A DNA stretch of 64,000 nucleotides, taken from contig OY762463.1 of assembly GCA_963665815.1 (NCBI GenBank), positions 2,784,001 to 2,848,000 on the forward strand. Reading direction: 5' to 3'. Made by a program: the position numbers and the translations under genes. Origin of the DNA: Candidatus Cloacimonadales bacterium. GTDB lineage: Bacteria > Cloacimonadota > Cloacimonadia > Cloacimonadales > JAIOQZ01. Positions 37,303 through 48,367 of this stretch are shown here, piece by piece (position 1 is the stretch's first letter; every line of letters starts with the position of its first letter). Under the pieces are notes generated by a model that ran no database searches, was not told the origin of the DNA, and worked only from the letters and a program-made list of their open reading frames with translations.

Positions 37303-39351
37303 TCAGGCAATTGTTATTCTTCTTTTTCTTAGCATCTGAATAAGATACGAGACAGCATATAGACCAAATCCAATGAAATACATATAGTATCTATATTGCG
37401 AATCAATATTAAGCAGCTTAGTTATTGAAGATGGATAAAAGAAGATTAATGATGTCAGCAGAAAAATCGGAATTTCATACCATTTATTCTTGATAATGAA
37501 CCAGCCTTGAACAGCATTAGTAAATGCGAAAGCTCCCATAATTGCCATGACAAAAATAAGTAATGCCTGACTGAAGGATGATACTCCTACAAGTACAAGC
37601 TCAGGATTGAATACAAACATGAATGGTATTACTCCCGTCCGAAGATCATAAATGAACCCCTGAATTCCTGTTTGTATGGGATTTGACTTAGCAATTGCCG
37701 AAGCTGCATAGGCTGCAAGTCCGACCGGGGGGGTATCGTCTGCCAGAATTCCGAAATAAAAACAGAACAAATGTGCTGAGATTGCCGGAATGGGGCTCAT
37801 TCCTATTTTACCACTTAGTTTTACGATGATAGGTACAGTAATTGATGCCATCACTATATATGTTGCAGTTGTTGGAAGTCCCATTCCCAGAACAAGACTT
37901 GCAATTGCGGTTATAAACAGCAGCAGAAAGATGTTTCCAAGTGAAAGCACTTCTACAATCTGAACAATCATACTTCCGATTCCCATATTAACAATACCTA
38001 CGACAATACCTGCTGTTGCAGTTGCGATTGCAACTGTAAGCATATTTCTGGAACCGGTTTTGAACCCTTCTCCAACAAGATAGACGAACTCTTTGATTCC
38101 GCTGAGTATACCTGAACCATCTTTAATCTTGGTTGCCAGAGATCTGATAAGGATAATAGCGATGATTGTCAGTATTGCTCTGAAAGCACCAAGTTTAGGT
38201 GAAACTCTCATGAATACAAGCTGGTGAACAAGAACAACGAGTGGTATAAGGTAATAATAACCTTTCTTAATAACTTCAGTAAATTTTGGTAGTTCTTCTT
38301 TTGGGAGCCCCTGCATATTTAGTTTTGATGCTTCGAGGTGAGTGATATAGAACAGAGCAAAATATGATACAAGTGCCGGGATTGCAGCAGCTTTTATAAC
38401 ATCGAGATATGGAATAGCAAGGTATTCAGCTATAATAAAAGCAGCAGCACCCATGATAGGAGGCATGAGCTGTCCATTGGTACTTGCTGCAACTTCTGTT
38501 GCCGCAGCAATTTTAGGTGGATAACCCACTTTTTTCATCAATGGAATGGTGAATGTTCCGGTTGTAACAACATTAGCAATACTTGACCCTGAAAACAGAC
38601 CTGTAAAACCACTTGATACAACAGAAGCTTTTGCCGGACCGCCCTTAAATCTTCCCAGCAGAGAAATAGCAAGATCATTGAAGAAAGCACCTGCACCAAC
38701 TTTATCCAGCATTGCCCCGAGAAGTACAAAGAGGAACACGGTCTGAGCTGATACATCTAATGGAATACCGTAAATGCCTTCTGTTGAAAGCACTAACTGA
38801 GTAACATACTTTGTAAGGGATACACCTTTAAATGCCAGAAACCCTGGCATATAAGGTCCAAGAAAAGCATAAGCACTAAAACACAAAGCAATAATAGCCA
38901 GAGCAGGACCTATTGCTCTTCTTGAAGCTTCCAGTAGAAACACAATGGCTGCAAAACCAAGTACTATATCTCTGAGAATGGGTCTACCGGCTCTGGATAC
39001 CAGTCCATCCCAGTCCAATATGATATACAATACTGTTAGTGCACCGATAATAGCAAGTAAGTAATCTACAATGGGAATCTTCTTTTTTTCAGAAAGAAAC
39101 TTAAAACCGATTTTCTTTTTGAACATTGGGATTGTAAGGAAAATAAGAGAGATAGCGAATGCCAGATGAATAGCTCTTACAGCAATAGAGTCAATCAAGA
39201 GATATTCCGGAAGCAACATTTGAAAAACTGCCCAGAGTATCAAAATTGCATCAACAATAACCACATCAAATTTTCTGCTCCGTCGAAGCTTACCTTCTTC
39301 AGCCTCCAGCATTTCAGTCATCTTCTCATTCAAGTTTTTCTTTTTATCCAT
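37303..39351 (-). CDS. TAXI-type TRAP fused 4TM/12TM permease
   Basis: EGIYGIP, GGPAKASV, SGSSIANV.TTG, ASTNGQLMPPIMGAAAF, GMGLPTT, ADDTPPV. Confidence 0.93.
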   Translation of the reverse strand: MDKKKNLNEKMTEMLEAEEGKLRRSRKFDVVIVDAILILWAVFQMLLPEYLLIDSIAVRAIHLAFAISLIFLTIPMFKKKIGFKFLSEKKKIPIVDYLLAIIGALTVLYIILDWDGLVSRAGRPILRDIVLGFAAIVFLLEASRRAIGPALAIIALCFSAYAFLGPYMPGFLAFKGVSLTKYVTQLVLSTEGIYGIPLDVSAQTVFLFVLLGAMLDKVGAGAFFNDLAISLLGRFKGGPAKASVVSSGFTGLFSGSSIANVVTTGTFTIPLMKKVGYPPKIAAATEVAASTNGQLMPPIMGAAAFIIAEYLAIPYLDVIKAAAIPALVSYFALFYITHLEASKLNMQGLPKEELPKFTEVIKKGYYYLIPLVVLVHQLVFMRVSPKLGAFRAILTIIAIILIRSLATKIKDGSGILSGIKEFVYLVGEGFKTGSRNMLTVAIATATAGIVVGIVNMGIGSMIVQIVEVLSLGNIFLLLFITAIASLVLGMGLPTTATYIVMASITVPIIVKLSGKIGMSPIPAISAHLFCFYFGILADDTPPVGLAAYAASAIAKSNPIQTGIQGFIYDLRTGVIPFMFVFNPELVLVGVSSFSQALLIFVMAIMGAFAFTNAVQGWFIIKNKWYEIPIFLLTSLIFFYPSSITKLLNIDSQYRYYMYFIGFGLYAVSYLIQMLRKRRITIA

Positions 39352-39421
39352 TTATTCTCCATAATCAAGATTTATTTTCAGCTAAATATTTGTGTTTCCT
39401 GGATTCTTAAGTTGTAAGAAA

Positions 39422-39460
39422 TTTTCCTGTTCCAAAGTGGACTTCAGAACAGGAAAAAAA
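39422..39460 (-). terminator. intergenic stem-loop (partial terminator or mRNA stabiliser) between SBP and permease
   Basis: TTTTCCTGTTC...GAACAGGAAAA 11-bp stem. Confidence 0.55.
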
Positions 39461-39470
39461 TCAGAGCTAA

Positions 39471-40481
39471 TTATTCAATAATCAGTTCAGGTTTGATCAG
39501 TTTATCAAGACCTTTTTCTTTGTAGTACTTCAAAGCTCCTTTATGGATTGGTGCTGAAAGACCTTTAAGCATACTTTCTTTGGTTATCATTTTATATGCA
39601 GGGTGCAGCATTTTAAACTCTTCGAAGTTATCAAATACTTCTTTAGTGATTGCATAAACAATATCTTCGGGTACTTTTGTAGATGACACCAATGTAGCCT
39701 TTACACCTATAGTGTTGATATCCTTTTCGTTTGTTGAAGTAGGATAAAAATCTTTTGAAATTACTGATTTGGCATAATAGCTGTATTTATCAAGAAGTTT
39801 ATCAATTTCAGGACCTGTAATGTCAACAAGTCTGACTTTAAGTCTTCCAGCAGTAGCTTCTTTGATGTTTCCGTTAGGATGTCCTATTGTATAGAAAAAT
39901 CCATCGATTCTTTCATCCTGAATTAATCCGGGAGATTCAACAGGTTTGATATATTCAGCTTTGATATCATTGTCAGCATTGTATCCGATTGCCGTTAAAA
40001 CATCTGTTGCACTGGCAAGATTACCTGAACCTGCAGGTCCGAGATTAATGTGTTTGCCCTTGATATCTTTGATAGTTTTTATTCCGCTTTCTTCGGAGGC
40101 TATTAACGTAATAGATTCAGGATAAATTGAAAAAACAGATCTTAATTCTGTTTGAGGAGTGGTCCATTCTTTCGATTTTCCATAATATGCCAGATATTGT
40201 CTGTCAGATTGAGCAACACCAAAGTCAAGCTCTCCTGATAACACGGAATTGATATTATAAACTGATCCGGCTGTGGATTCGACAGTTGCCTTCAACCCGT
40301 ATTCAGCTTCTTTTTTGTTGATCATTCTACTGATAGCACCACCGGTCGGATAATATACGCCGGTAACTCCACCTGTTCCGATAGTAACGAATCTGGTCCT
40401 TCTGGAATTTCCATTTTGACCACAACTGATAATAAAGAATGTCAGTGAAATAACTAAGAAAAAAACTATTATTCGTTTCAT
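39471..40481 (-). CDS. TAXI family TRAP solute-binding lipoprotein
   Basis: IISC lipobox; IGTGGVTGVYYPTGG, STAGSVYN, AQSD, PIHKGA; ATG 40481 after GGAGG. Confidence 0.93.
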   Translation of the reverse strand: MKRIIVFFLVISLTFFIISCGQNGNSRRTRFVTIGTGGVTGVYYPTGGAISRMINKKEAEYGLKATVESTAGSVYNINSVLSGELDFGVAQSDRQYLAYYGKSKEWTTPQTELRSVFSIYPESITLIASEESGIKTIKDIKGKHINLGPAGSGNLASATDVLTAIGYNADNDIKAEYIKPVESPGLIQDERIDGFFYTIGHPNGNIKEATAGRLKVRLVDITGPEIDKLLDKYSYYAKSVISKDFYPTSTNEKDINTIGVKATLVSSTKVPEDIVYAITKEVFDNFEEFKMLHPAYKMITKESMLKGLSAPIHKGALKYYKEKGLDKLIKPELIIE

Positions 40482-40599
40482 ATTACCTCCAAACATTTTT
40501 ATAAGTTAAGTTACAGGAATGTCAAGGTTTTCGTTGTTATCGGGTAACAGATTGTGTTGGTTATTGAATGGAACTCAGTTGTTATGCCTTGCAATGAGG

Positions 40600-40636
40600 A
40601 AACATCAGGATATCATTTTAAGATATCCTGATGTTT
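40600..40636 (-). terminator. 15-bp perfect hairpin, probable terminator
   Basis: AAACATCAGGATATC-attttaa-GATATCCTGATGTTT directly after the DUF898 stop. Confidence 0.65.
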
Positions 40637-40640
40637 AAAG

Positions 40641-40973
40641 TTAAAATTGCTCGATATCTCCATTCTCTGCAAAATAGAGATTGTTTGTTTGCCATCTCTT
40701 GAATCTGCAATAGCCCCAGGGACTGTACAATCCAAAAGTAATGACTGTCATGATTGCAATAAAAAGATAGGTTCCGAACAAGCCTATTCCAGTACCCTTA
40801 AATACGAGCTGTTTCCCATTAATGAACGTTTTTTCAGCAATCCATTTTTGCTGAGCACAATAAGCCCATGGCCAGTATAAGCTGAATGTGATAATTGTTA
40901 AGAAGTTTGTCCAAATCATCAACCACCAGAAACTTAAACCTTTTCCTCTAAACTCAAAATTGCCTGTTGGCAT
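40641..40973 (-). CDS. short DUF898 (YjgN-like) membrane protein
   Basis: Duplicated F.G.G..LTIITF.LY.PW motif; ATG 40973 after GGAGG. Confidence 0.75.
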   Translation of the reverse strand: MPTGNFEFRGKGLSFWWLMIWTNFLTIITFSLYWPWAYCAQQKWIAEKTFINGKQLVFKGTGIGLFGTYLFIAIMTVITFGLYSPWGYCRFKRWQTNNLYFAENGDIEQF

Positions 40974-41107
40974 ATTTCCTCCCTTTTGAAATTTGCTGCA
41001 AAAATAAACGAACAAAAGATATAATGTCAAGAATATTATTTTTTGGAAATGCTTGTTTGTTAAAAGTTCCTGATTGACAATATTAAAGAGATCATTAAAA
41101 TATTATC

Positions 41108-42247
41108 ATGAAAATGAATGTAATCATTGTCGGAGCTGGTCCGGCAGGATCAACGGCTGCTTATATATTAGCTAAATCTGGACTTAAGGTTACGCTAATC
41201 GATGCAGAAAAATTTCCCAGACAGAAACTTTGTGGTGGTTTGCTTACACTTAGAACTAAAAGACTGTTCGAAAATATTTTTGGGGAAAGCATTAGTGGAA
41301 TTGCTGACTTCAAATCTGATGGAATGAAGATGTATTTCAGGGATAAGCTGCTGAGTTCTGTTACAGGATATAAGAACTTATATCTTGTGAACAGGATAGA
41401 TTTTGATAGCTATCTTCTTAAACAAGCTAAGAAAGCCGGAGTACAGTTGATTCTTGGTAAAAGGGTCTGCGATATAAGCTATAACACTGTCAGACTTTCA
41501 GATAACACACTGGTTGATTACAGCCTTCTTATTGGGGCTGATGGAGTTAACAGTGTTGTGGCGAAACATCTCTATGGAGCTTCATTCATAAAGAAACAGA
41601 CAGCTTTCTGTCTGGAAACCGAGATACCGATTGAGTTCGTTAAAGAAGAAGTAAAAGAGCCTGAAGTATTCTTTGGTTATGCAAACTGGGGATATGGATG
41701 GGTATTTCCGAAAAGTAAAACTGTAACGGTTGGAATAGGTGGACTACCGCACAAAAACAAGGATATGAAGGAAGCATTCCAACAACTGCTGCAGGATCGT
41801 TTTGGAATAACCGATACTATCGGAGTAAAAGGATTTCATGTTCCTGCCGGAGCTTACAGAACCAAGCCTGGTAAGGGAAATATAATTGTATGCGGAGATG
41901 CGGCAGGTCTGGTTGAACCGATAACAGGAGAAGGAATAGCTTTCGCTATGCAGAGCGGAAAATTTGCTGCGGAATCAGTTCTTGAGACGGCTAATGGTAA
42001 AGGTGATCTGTATAATAATTATCTGAGGAAATTCAGGAAAATTCTGAAGATTATGAGGATTGCCAGATTTCTCAGGCTGTTTATATTTACTAACTTTGGG
42101 GAGAAGCTGCTCAGAAGAGAAATGCCCCGATCAGAAAGAGCAATAAAAAGACATGTTGATTTGATGTCGGATGATATGAGTTACGAAGAATATCTGAAAG
42201 TGATTATGATGAGGTTGATCCAGAAGCTGCTAAAATTCGGTAGATAA
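41108..42247 (+). CDS. geranylgeranyl reductase family FAD oxidoreductase
   Basis: VGAGPAGS, FPRQKLCGG, GADGVNS, GYGWVFPK, GDAAGLVEPITGEGI. Confidence 0.9.
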   Translation: MKMNVIIVGAGPAGSTAAYILAKSGLKVTLIDAEKFPRQKLCGGLLTLRTKRLFENIFGESISGIADFKSDGMKMYFRDKLLSSVTGYKNLYLVNRIDFDSYLLKQAKKAGVQLILGKRVCDISYNTVRLSDNTLVDYSLLIGADGVNSVVAKHLYGASFIKKQTAFCLETEIPIEFVKEEVKEPEVFFGYANWGYGWVFPKSKTVTVGIGGLPHKNKDMKEAFQQLLQDRFGITDTIGVKGFHVPAGAYRTKPGKGNIIVCGDAAGLVEPITGEGIAFAMQSGKFAAESVLETANGKGDLYNNYLRKFRKILKIMRIARFLRLFIFTNFGEKLLRREMPRSERAIKRHVDLMSDDMSYEEYLKVIMMRLIQKLLKFGR

Positions 42248-42479
42248 GTTATGATTTATGTCAAAAATGTCATAAATATGGAAAAAAGGCTTTTGTTTGT
42301 TTTTAATAGAAATTTCGATGTAGCTGTATATTCTTTGTGAAAGGGATTCTATATTAGGAATCACAGGTTCTGGATAACTGCGAAAAACTAAGCAGATTTT
42401 TATATTAAAACAATTATTCTTGACAAAAACTGATTAATAATCTGCTGAATAGAACAAACTAAATAAATATGAGGTTAAC

Positions 42480-43586
42480 ATGGCAAAAGTAACTGTTACG
42501 AATGTAAATAAATACTATGAAAACGGATTTCATGCTGTTAAGGATGCAAACATTGTTGCTGAAGATAAGGAATTTGTCATTCTGGTTGGTCCGTCAGGAT
42601 GCGGGAAAACAACTACACTCAGAATGATAGCCGGTCTCGAAGAAATCTCTGACGGAGATATTCATATTGGAGATAAAAAGGTAAATGATGTTCCACCTAA
42701 AGACCGTGATATTGCCATGGTTTTCCAGAACTATGCACTGTACCCTCATATGACTGTTTTCCAGAATATGGCTTTTGCTCTTAAGCTGAGAAAAACACCA
42801 AAGGATGAAATTCAGCAGAAAGTTACAGAAGCCGCCGGACTACTCGGTATAGAATCCTTGCTGGACAGAAAGCCAAAGCAGCTTTCCGGTGGGCAGAGAC
42901 AGCGTGTTGCTCTTGGTAGGGCAATAGTACGTAATCCAAAAGTATTCCTTTTTGATGAACCTCTTTCTAATCTTGATGCTAAACTCAGAGTGCAGATGAG
43001 AAGTGAAATCAGTAAGCTTCATAAGAAGCTGGATACAACTATGATCTATGTTACACACGATCAGGTTGAAGCTATGACAATGGGAGATAAAATTGTCGTC
43101 ATGAAAGACGGTGTTGTTCATCAGATAGATTCTCCTCTCGAAATTTACAATAATCCGGTAAATCTTTTTGTTGCCAGCTTCATTGGTAGTCCGTCCATCA
43201 ATCAAATGAGCGGGAAAATTATTTCAGAAGGTAATAAGCTGTTGTTTGATGAAGGAACTTTTAGAATAGAACTTCTTCCTGAGCAGAAAACTTACATGCA
43301 GAAATATGCAGGAAAAGAAGTAATTATGGGTATCCGACCGGAAGATCTGTTTGACTCCAAGTATGATACTCTGGTTGAACATCCTCAGAGAATAGAAGCT
43401 TTATGCGAAATCGTCGAACCTATGGGTAATGAGTTTATAGTATATCTCGACACACAGAAATCAAAACTGGTTGCGAGACTTGATCCTAAAAAACTGCCTG
43501 AAATTGATAAAAAACTTCAGATAACGATAGATATGCAGAAAGTACATTTCTTTGACAAAGACTCTGAAATTCGTATTTATAATTAA
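42480..43586 (+). CDS. MalK/MsmX/UgpC-type sugar ABC ATPase, no adjacent permease
   Basis: GPSGCGKTT, VFQNYALYPHM, LSGGQRQRVALGRA, DEPLSNLDAKLR, C-terminal TOBE. Confidence 0.92.
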   Translation: MAKVTVTNVNKYYENGFHAVKDANIVAEDKEFVILVGPSGCGKTTTLRMIAGLEEISDGDIHIGDKKVNDVPPKDRDIAMVFQNYALYPHMTVFQNMAFALKLRKTPKDEIQQKVTEAAGLLGIESLLDRKPKQLSGGQRQRVALGRAIVRNPKVFLFDEPLSNLDAKLRVQMRSEISKLHKKLDTTMIYVTHDQVEAMTMGDKIVVMKDGVVHQIDSPLEIYNNPVNLFVASFIGSPSINQMSGKIISEGNKLLFDEGTFRIELLPEQKTYMQKYAGKEVIMGIRPEDLFDSKYDTLVEHPQRIEALCEIVEPMGNEFIVYLDTQKSKLVARLDPKKLPEIDKKLQITIDMQKVHFFDKDSEIRIYN

Positions 43587-43616
43587 TAAACTTCTCAATC
43601 AATTCGATAATTTTAA

Positions 43617-43648
43617 AACCTGCTGGATACATCAGCAGGTTATTTTTT
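43617..43648 (+). terminator. intrinsic terminator
   Basis: AACCTGCTG/CAGCAGGTT followed by ATTTTTT. Confidence 0.8.
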
Positions 43649-43670
43649 GTGGATTTCAGGTATAACTACT

Positions 43671-43731
43671 TTGTCATTAATGTTTTACAATTATTAATTT
43701 TTGTTAACAATTCCCTTATACTGGATTTAAG
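43671..43731 (+). promoter_or_regulatory. candidate PHO boxes upstream of pstS
   Basis: 11-bp-spaced half-sites GTCAT(43673)/TTTAC(43684) and TTAAC(43704)/CTTAT(43715)/TTTAA(43726); degenerate and AT-rich. Confidence 0.35.
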
Positions 43732-43779
43732 TTTCTCCGTAAAAATCTTGCATAACAAAGAATGATATTCGGAGGAATA

Positions 43780-44625
43780 ATGAAATTTAAAAGTTCAATA
43801 GTTATTTTAATGTTATTAGTTGCTTTTTCCGGTCTTTTTGCGGAAAAAATTACTCTTGATGGTTCAACAACAGTTGGTCCTATTGCGAAAGAATTTGCTG
43901 AATACTACATGCGCACAAATAAAGGCGTTAAAGTTGAAGTTAGTGAATCCGGTAGTGGAAACGGAGCTAAATCACTTATTAACAGCACTGCTGATATTGG
44001 TAACATGTCACGTTTTATGAAAGACAAAGAATTCAAAGCTGCAGTAGAAAAAGGTGTTAAACCTGTTGCACACGTAGTAGCTCTTGATGGTATTGCAGTT
44101 GTTGTAAACAAAAGAAACTCTGTGAAAGATCTTACAATTGAACAAATCCGTAAGATTTACATGGGCGAAATTACAAACTGGAAAGAAGTTGGCGGACCTA
44201 ACAAAGAAATCGTAATCATTTCCAGAGAATCCAACTCAGGAACACTTGATACTTTCAAAGGTTTTGTAATGACTACAAAAGAAAACGGTGAAAAAGTAAA
44301 ACACAAAATTACTCCTAAAGCTGAAAGCCAGGGATCAAACGGTGCGGTAAAACAATCAGTTCAAAAAACTGACAGTGCAATAGGATTCATCGGAATCGGA
44401 TTCATCGATAACTCGATCAAACCATTATCAATCAGTGGTATTAAAGCTACAGAAGCAAACGTTATGGCTGGTAAATATCCTATTTCAAGACCATTATTCA
44501 TGTTCACAAACGGTTATCCAAAAATCGGAACACACTTACACAAATTCATCTCTCTTTATTTGACAAAAGAAGGACAGAAACTGATCGAACAATCAGGTTA
44601 CATTCCTGTAACACAATACAGATAA
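43780..44625 (+). CDS. pstS: phosphate ABC substrate-binding protein
   Basis: DGSTTVGP, SGSGNG, MSR, SRESNSGT, YPISRPLF; ATG after GGAGG. Confidence 0.93.
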   Translation: MKFKSSIVILMLLVAFSGLFAEKITLDGSTTVGPIAKEFAEYYMRTNKGVKVEVSESGSGNGAKSLINSTADIGNMSRFMKDKEFKAAVEKGVKPVAHVVALDGIAVVVNKRNSVKDLTIEQIRKIYMGEITNWKEVGGPNKEIVIISRESNSGTLDTFKGFVMTTKENGEKVKHKITPKAESQGSNGAVKQSVQKTDSAIGFIGIGFIDNSIKPLSISGIKATEANVMAGKYPISRPLFMFTNGYPKIGTHLHKFISLYLTKEGQKLIEQSGYIPVTQYR

Positions 44626-44631
44626 TAGATC

Positions 44632-45777
44632 ATGGAACAAAACAAAGAAACATCATTATATATGAGTGAAAGAGCGAGCCGTATACAGCGGCTCGGATCT
44701 TTACTCCTTCAGGGTGGACTGTTTGTAGTAACATCAATATCTATGATAACAGTTATTTTTATAATCATATTTATTGCTAAAGATGCTATACCTTATTTCC
44801 AGCTGAAAGGGTTTAAGGAATTTTTCACCAGCACAAACTGGTATCCGGCTTCTGATCCGGGTCAGTTTGGTTCACTGGCAATTTTCCTGGGATCATTTCT
44901 TGTTACGCTTGGAGCGATTCTCGTTTCAGTACCACTTGGAATCACATCTTCGATAACCCTCAGTGACATCCTGCCATTTTCAGTTAGACAATATGCAAAA
45001 CCGGTTATAGAAATTCTTGCAGCGATTCCTTCAGTTGCATATGGTTTCTTTGCACTGGTTATTTTTGCACCGATACTGCAGAATCAGGGTGGACAGCTTC
45101 TCGGAGCTGCTTCATGGGTTATTGGACTTCCGGTTTTCTTATTAGGGTCGCTTATATTGACCGATCTCATTCTGGATAAAATAGCAACCGGAAACAATCA
45201 TAAAGTATTAAATATTATAATCTTTGTTGTATTAGCAAGTATATCAATCTTCATTCTACATCGAATCAGCAGCTTTCTACATGGTTTGAAAATCCTCAGT
45301 GGTAGAAACGCTCTCAACGTTTCTATTATTCTCGGATTCATGAGTCTACCTACAATCGTCAGTGTTTCCGAAGATGCCCTGCAATCTGTCGGCAGAGAGT
45401 TGAGAGAAGGTAGTTACGCTCTGGGAGCAACCAGAGCAGAAACTCTTTTTAAAGTAGTACTTCCTGCAGCAAGCAGCGGTATTGTTTCAGCAGTAATTCT
45501 CGGAACTATGAGAGCTCTTGGGGAAACTATGGTAGTCTGGATGGCTTCCGGTAACTCTGCTCATATTCCGGAGCCCTGGTTTAATCTGCTTGAACCTGTA
45601 AGAACATTAACAGCAACTATTGCCGGAGATATGGGGGAAGCCGATCAGGTAACAGGATCAGCCAGATATCATGTTCTTTTTGCAATGGCGTTATGTTTAC
45701 TCGTTTTCTCATTTGTCAGTAATCTTCTGAGTGAGTGGATAGTTAATCGATCCAGAAGAAAAATGAGTGGAGAATAG
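44632..45777 (+). CDS. pstC: phosphate ABC permease PstC (with extra TM hairpin)
   Basis: EILAAIPSVAYG, SEDAL..V..ELREGSYALGAT, RALGETM. Confidence 0.92.
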   Translation: MEQNKETSLYMSERASRIQRLGSLLLQGGLFVVTSISMITVIFIIIFIAKDAIPYFQLKGFKEFFTSTNWYPASDPGQFGSLAIFLGSFLVTLGAILVSVPLGITSSITLSDILPFSVRQYAKPVIEILAAIPSVAYGFFALVIFAPILQNQGGQLLGAASWVIGLPVFLLGSLILTDLILDKIATGNNHKVLNIIIFVVLASISIFILHRISSFLHGLKILSGRNALNVSIILGFMSLPTIVSVSEDALQSVGRELREGSYALGATRAETLFKVVLPAASSGIVSAVILGTMRALGETMVVWMASGNSAHIPEPWFNLLEPVRTLTATIAGDMGEADQVTGSARYHVLFAMALCLLVFSFVSNLLSEWIVNRSRRKMSGE

Positions 45778-45779
45778 AT

Positions 45780-47516
45780 ATGCAATTACATACACGTAAA
45801 CTATTAGATAAAGCATTCAGCAGCTTTGGAATATTCTCTATCCTTATAATGGCTGCTGCTGTTCTGATTCTTATCGTCCCAATATTTGCAAAAGGGATTG
45901 GAGCTTTTTATTTTGACGGAACAATTGAGTTCAGAAAATTCCTGAATTACGAGTTTAATCGTGGAAATGCAGAAAAACTGGAAAAGGAAGTTGCAGAGTC
46001 AGATATTCCAAGAATTAAGGTTTTCAAAAGACTCAGAAAGTTCAAAGAAGAATTAGAATCCGGTAAGTATGATGAACATCCTGAATATGATAATTTTGAA
46101 TATTATCTGGACGAAATCAATGAGTATGTTGTAGGGCTTCTCGGACCTGAACCTCTATCTGTAGCAAGAGTATATGAATACAAGCGCTTTGATAAAATAC
46201 GTATGGAGTATGATGTTACAGAATTCAATACATTAAAAGAAAAAGTGGTATCCATAAAAAAAGATGCAGACACTGATGAACATCAGGATTTTTATGAAGG
46301 ACTTTTAAAGCACGTCGTTTTGATGGAATCCATGTTGACCAGAGATCCGCAGGAATTGGAAAACTTTGAGGTCACAAACAAAGTTTCAATTTCAGCATCA
46401 AAATTAGTTAAGAATATTCTGGATCATTTTGATAAGATTTTGGCATCTAATGATTATTCAGATTTCTATTCTGAAATTTATGATGTGACAGATCAGCTCA
46501 AAACAATTCTTCTTGATATAAGCTATCCTTTATTGACAGACCATGAGATGGTTACTATATCAGAAAAATACGGTAGAACAAGATGGGATGAAGTAGCTGA
46601 GAAAAAGCTGAGATTAGTTATATGTCGTGAAGAAGTAACGTACGATGATAATGGTGATTACCATGTCAGTTATCCACCGAGAGAAAATGATTTTAAAGGT
46701 ACATCCCTTGAAGGATTGTTTACGTTCTTCGAAAATAATATTAATAAAATGATGCTTCCGAGAAAGACAGTATATCTAAGATTTCTGTTTGATAAACCAA
46801 TCAACTCACACATGCTTGGAGGTATCTGGCCGGAAGTGCTTGGTACTCTGTATCTGACTTTCGGAGCAATGTTGTTTGCCGTTCCACTTGGAGTGATTGC
46901 AGCAATATATCTTACAGAATTCGCACCACAGAATAGAGTAATTACAGTATTGAGATCTTTCATAAACACACTTGCCGGTGTACCGAGTATTGTATTCGGT
47001 CTTTTCGGTCTGGCATTCTTTATTAATACCGTTGGTGTGTCACCTAATAAAAGTGTTATCGCCGGATCAATGACATTATCAATATTGATCCTTCCTACAA
47101 TTATCAGAGCATCTGAAGAAGCGATAAGATCAGTTCCCAAAACATATAAAGAAGCTGCTTTATCTCTTGGGGCCACAAAACTGTGGACTGTGATAACCGT
47201 GATACTGCCATCAGCACTGCCTGGTATATTAACCGGTATAGTTATCAGTATGGGAAGGGCAGCTGGAGAAACCGCACCAATCATTTTCACCGCTGCAGTC
47301 AGTGTGGGTCAAGCTCTTAAGCTTAATGAAGTTTTCTCTAACGGAACCCCGGCATTATCATGGAATATCTACAATCTGGCATCAGAACACCATAAAGTAG
47401 ATGAAATAAGGCACGTACAATTCGGTATGGTTTTGACACTGATCACATTAGTGATTTTACTGAATCTTGCAGCTATAATTATCAGGGCAAGAGTATCGAA
47501 GAATTTAAAACAATAA
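45780..47516 (+). CDS. pstA: phosphate ABC permease PstA with large N-terminal extracytoplasmic insertion
   Basis: GGIWP..LGT, LAGVPSIVFGLFG, EAALSLGATK, GRAAGETAP; 578 aa. Confidence 0.92.
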   Translation: MQLHTRKLLDKAFSSFGIFSILIMAAAVLILIVPIFAKGIGAFYFDGTIEFRKFLNYEFNRGNAEKLEKEVAESDIPRIKVFKRLRKFKEELESGKYDEHPEYDNFEYYLDEINEYVVGLLGPEPLSVARVYEYKRFDKIRMEYDVTEFNTLKEKVVSIKKDADTDEHQDFYEGLLKHVVLMESMLTRDPQELENFEVTNKVSISASKLVKNILDHFDKILASNDYSDFYSEIYDVTDQLKTILLDISYPLLTDHEMVTISEKYGRTRWDEVAEKKLRLVICREEVTYDDNGDYHVSYPPRENDFKGTSLEGLFTFFENNINKMMLPRKTVYLRFLFDKPINSHMLGGIWPEVLGTLYLTFGAMLFAVPLGVIAAIYLTEFAPQNRVITVLRSFINTLAGVPSIVFGLFGLAFFINTVGVSPNKSVIAGSMTLSILILPTIIRASEEAIRSVPKTYKEAALSLGATKLWTVITVILPSALPGILTGIVISMGRAAGETAPIIFTAAVSVGQALKLNEVFSNGTPALSWNIYNLASEHHKVDEIRHVQFGMVLTLITLVILLNLAAIIIRARVSKNLKQ

Positions 47517-47526
47517 TGAGGTATAA

Positions 47527-48357
47527 ATGAGCGAAGGAAAATTTGTTTTTTCAACATCAGAATATAAATCTTTGAAAACAGGCGTTGTGATGCTGCCTGA
47601 AGAGCAGTCTCATCTGGTAGTAAATGATTTTTCAGTGTATTATGGTAAACATCAGGCAGTTAAAAATGTAACAGTGAATATCCCGAGAAAGAAAGTTACA
47701 GCCATTATTGGTCCAAGTGGATGTGGTAAAAGTACATTTCTCAGATCCATCAACAGAATGAACGATCTGATACCAGTATGTCACACAACAGGTGACTTAT
47801 TATATGAAAAGCAGAATATTTTCGATAAAAGAATAGATGTTGTTTTACTCAGGAAGAAGATTGGTATGGTGTTCCAGAAACCGAATCCATTTCCCAAAAG
47901 TATCTATGAGAACATCGTCTATAGCCCGAGACTACAGGGTAAAAGGAATAAAAAAGAACTGAATGAAATCGTAGAAAGGTGTCTGCGTGGTGCAGCTTTA
48001 TGGGATGAAGTCAAAGACAGACTTGATAAGAATGCTCTCGGACTATCAGGTGGACAGCAACAGAGATTATGCATTGCCAGAGCTCTGGCAGCTGATCCGG
48101 AAATCCTTTTGATGGACGAACCTACATCTGCACTTGATCCACAGGCTACCCTGAAAATTGAAAATCTGATAGACTCTCTCAGTAATGATTATACAATAGT
48201 AATAGTAACTCACAATATGTCTCAGGCTGCTCGTGTATCCGATTATACAGCTTTTTTCTATGAAGGCGTGCTGATAGAGTTTGCAGAAACTCAGAATGTC
48301 TTTGAGACACCAAACATTAAACAGACAGAAGATTATATAACCGGACGATTCGGATAG
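47527..48357 (+). CDS. pstB: phosphate ABC ATPase
   Basis: [50 protein letters not shown]. Confidence 0.96.
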   Translation: MSEGKFVFSTSEYKSLKTGVVMLPEEQSHLVVNDFSVYYGKHQAVKNVTVNIPRKKVTAIIGPSGCGKSTFLRSINRMNDLIPVCHTTGDLLYEKQNIFDKRIDVVLLRKKIGMVFQKPNPFPKSIYENIVYSPRLQGKRNKKELNEIVERCLRGAALWDEVKDRLDKNALGLSGGQQQRLCIARALAADPEILLMDEPTSALDPQATLKIENLIDSLSNDYTIVIVTHNMSQAARVSDYTAFFYEGVLIEFAETQNVFETPNIKQTEDYITGRFG

Positions 48358-48367
48358 GAGAATTTAT

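Noticed and set aside
46670-47290. 206-aa antisense ORF, and similar antisense/alternate-frame ORFs such as 52944..53480 and 60275..60832
   Set aside because: They lie wholly within well-supported genes (pstA, pepT, ftsK) and show no protein motifs.
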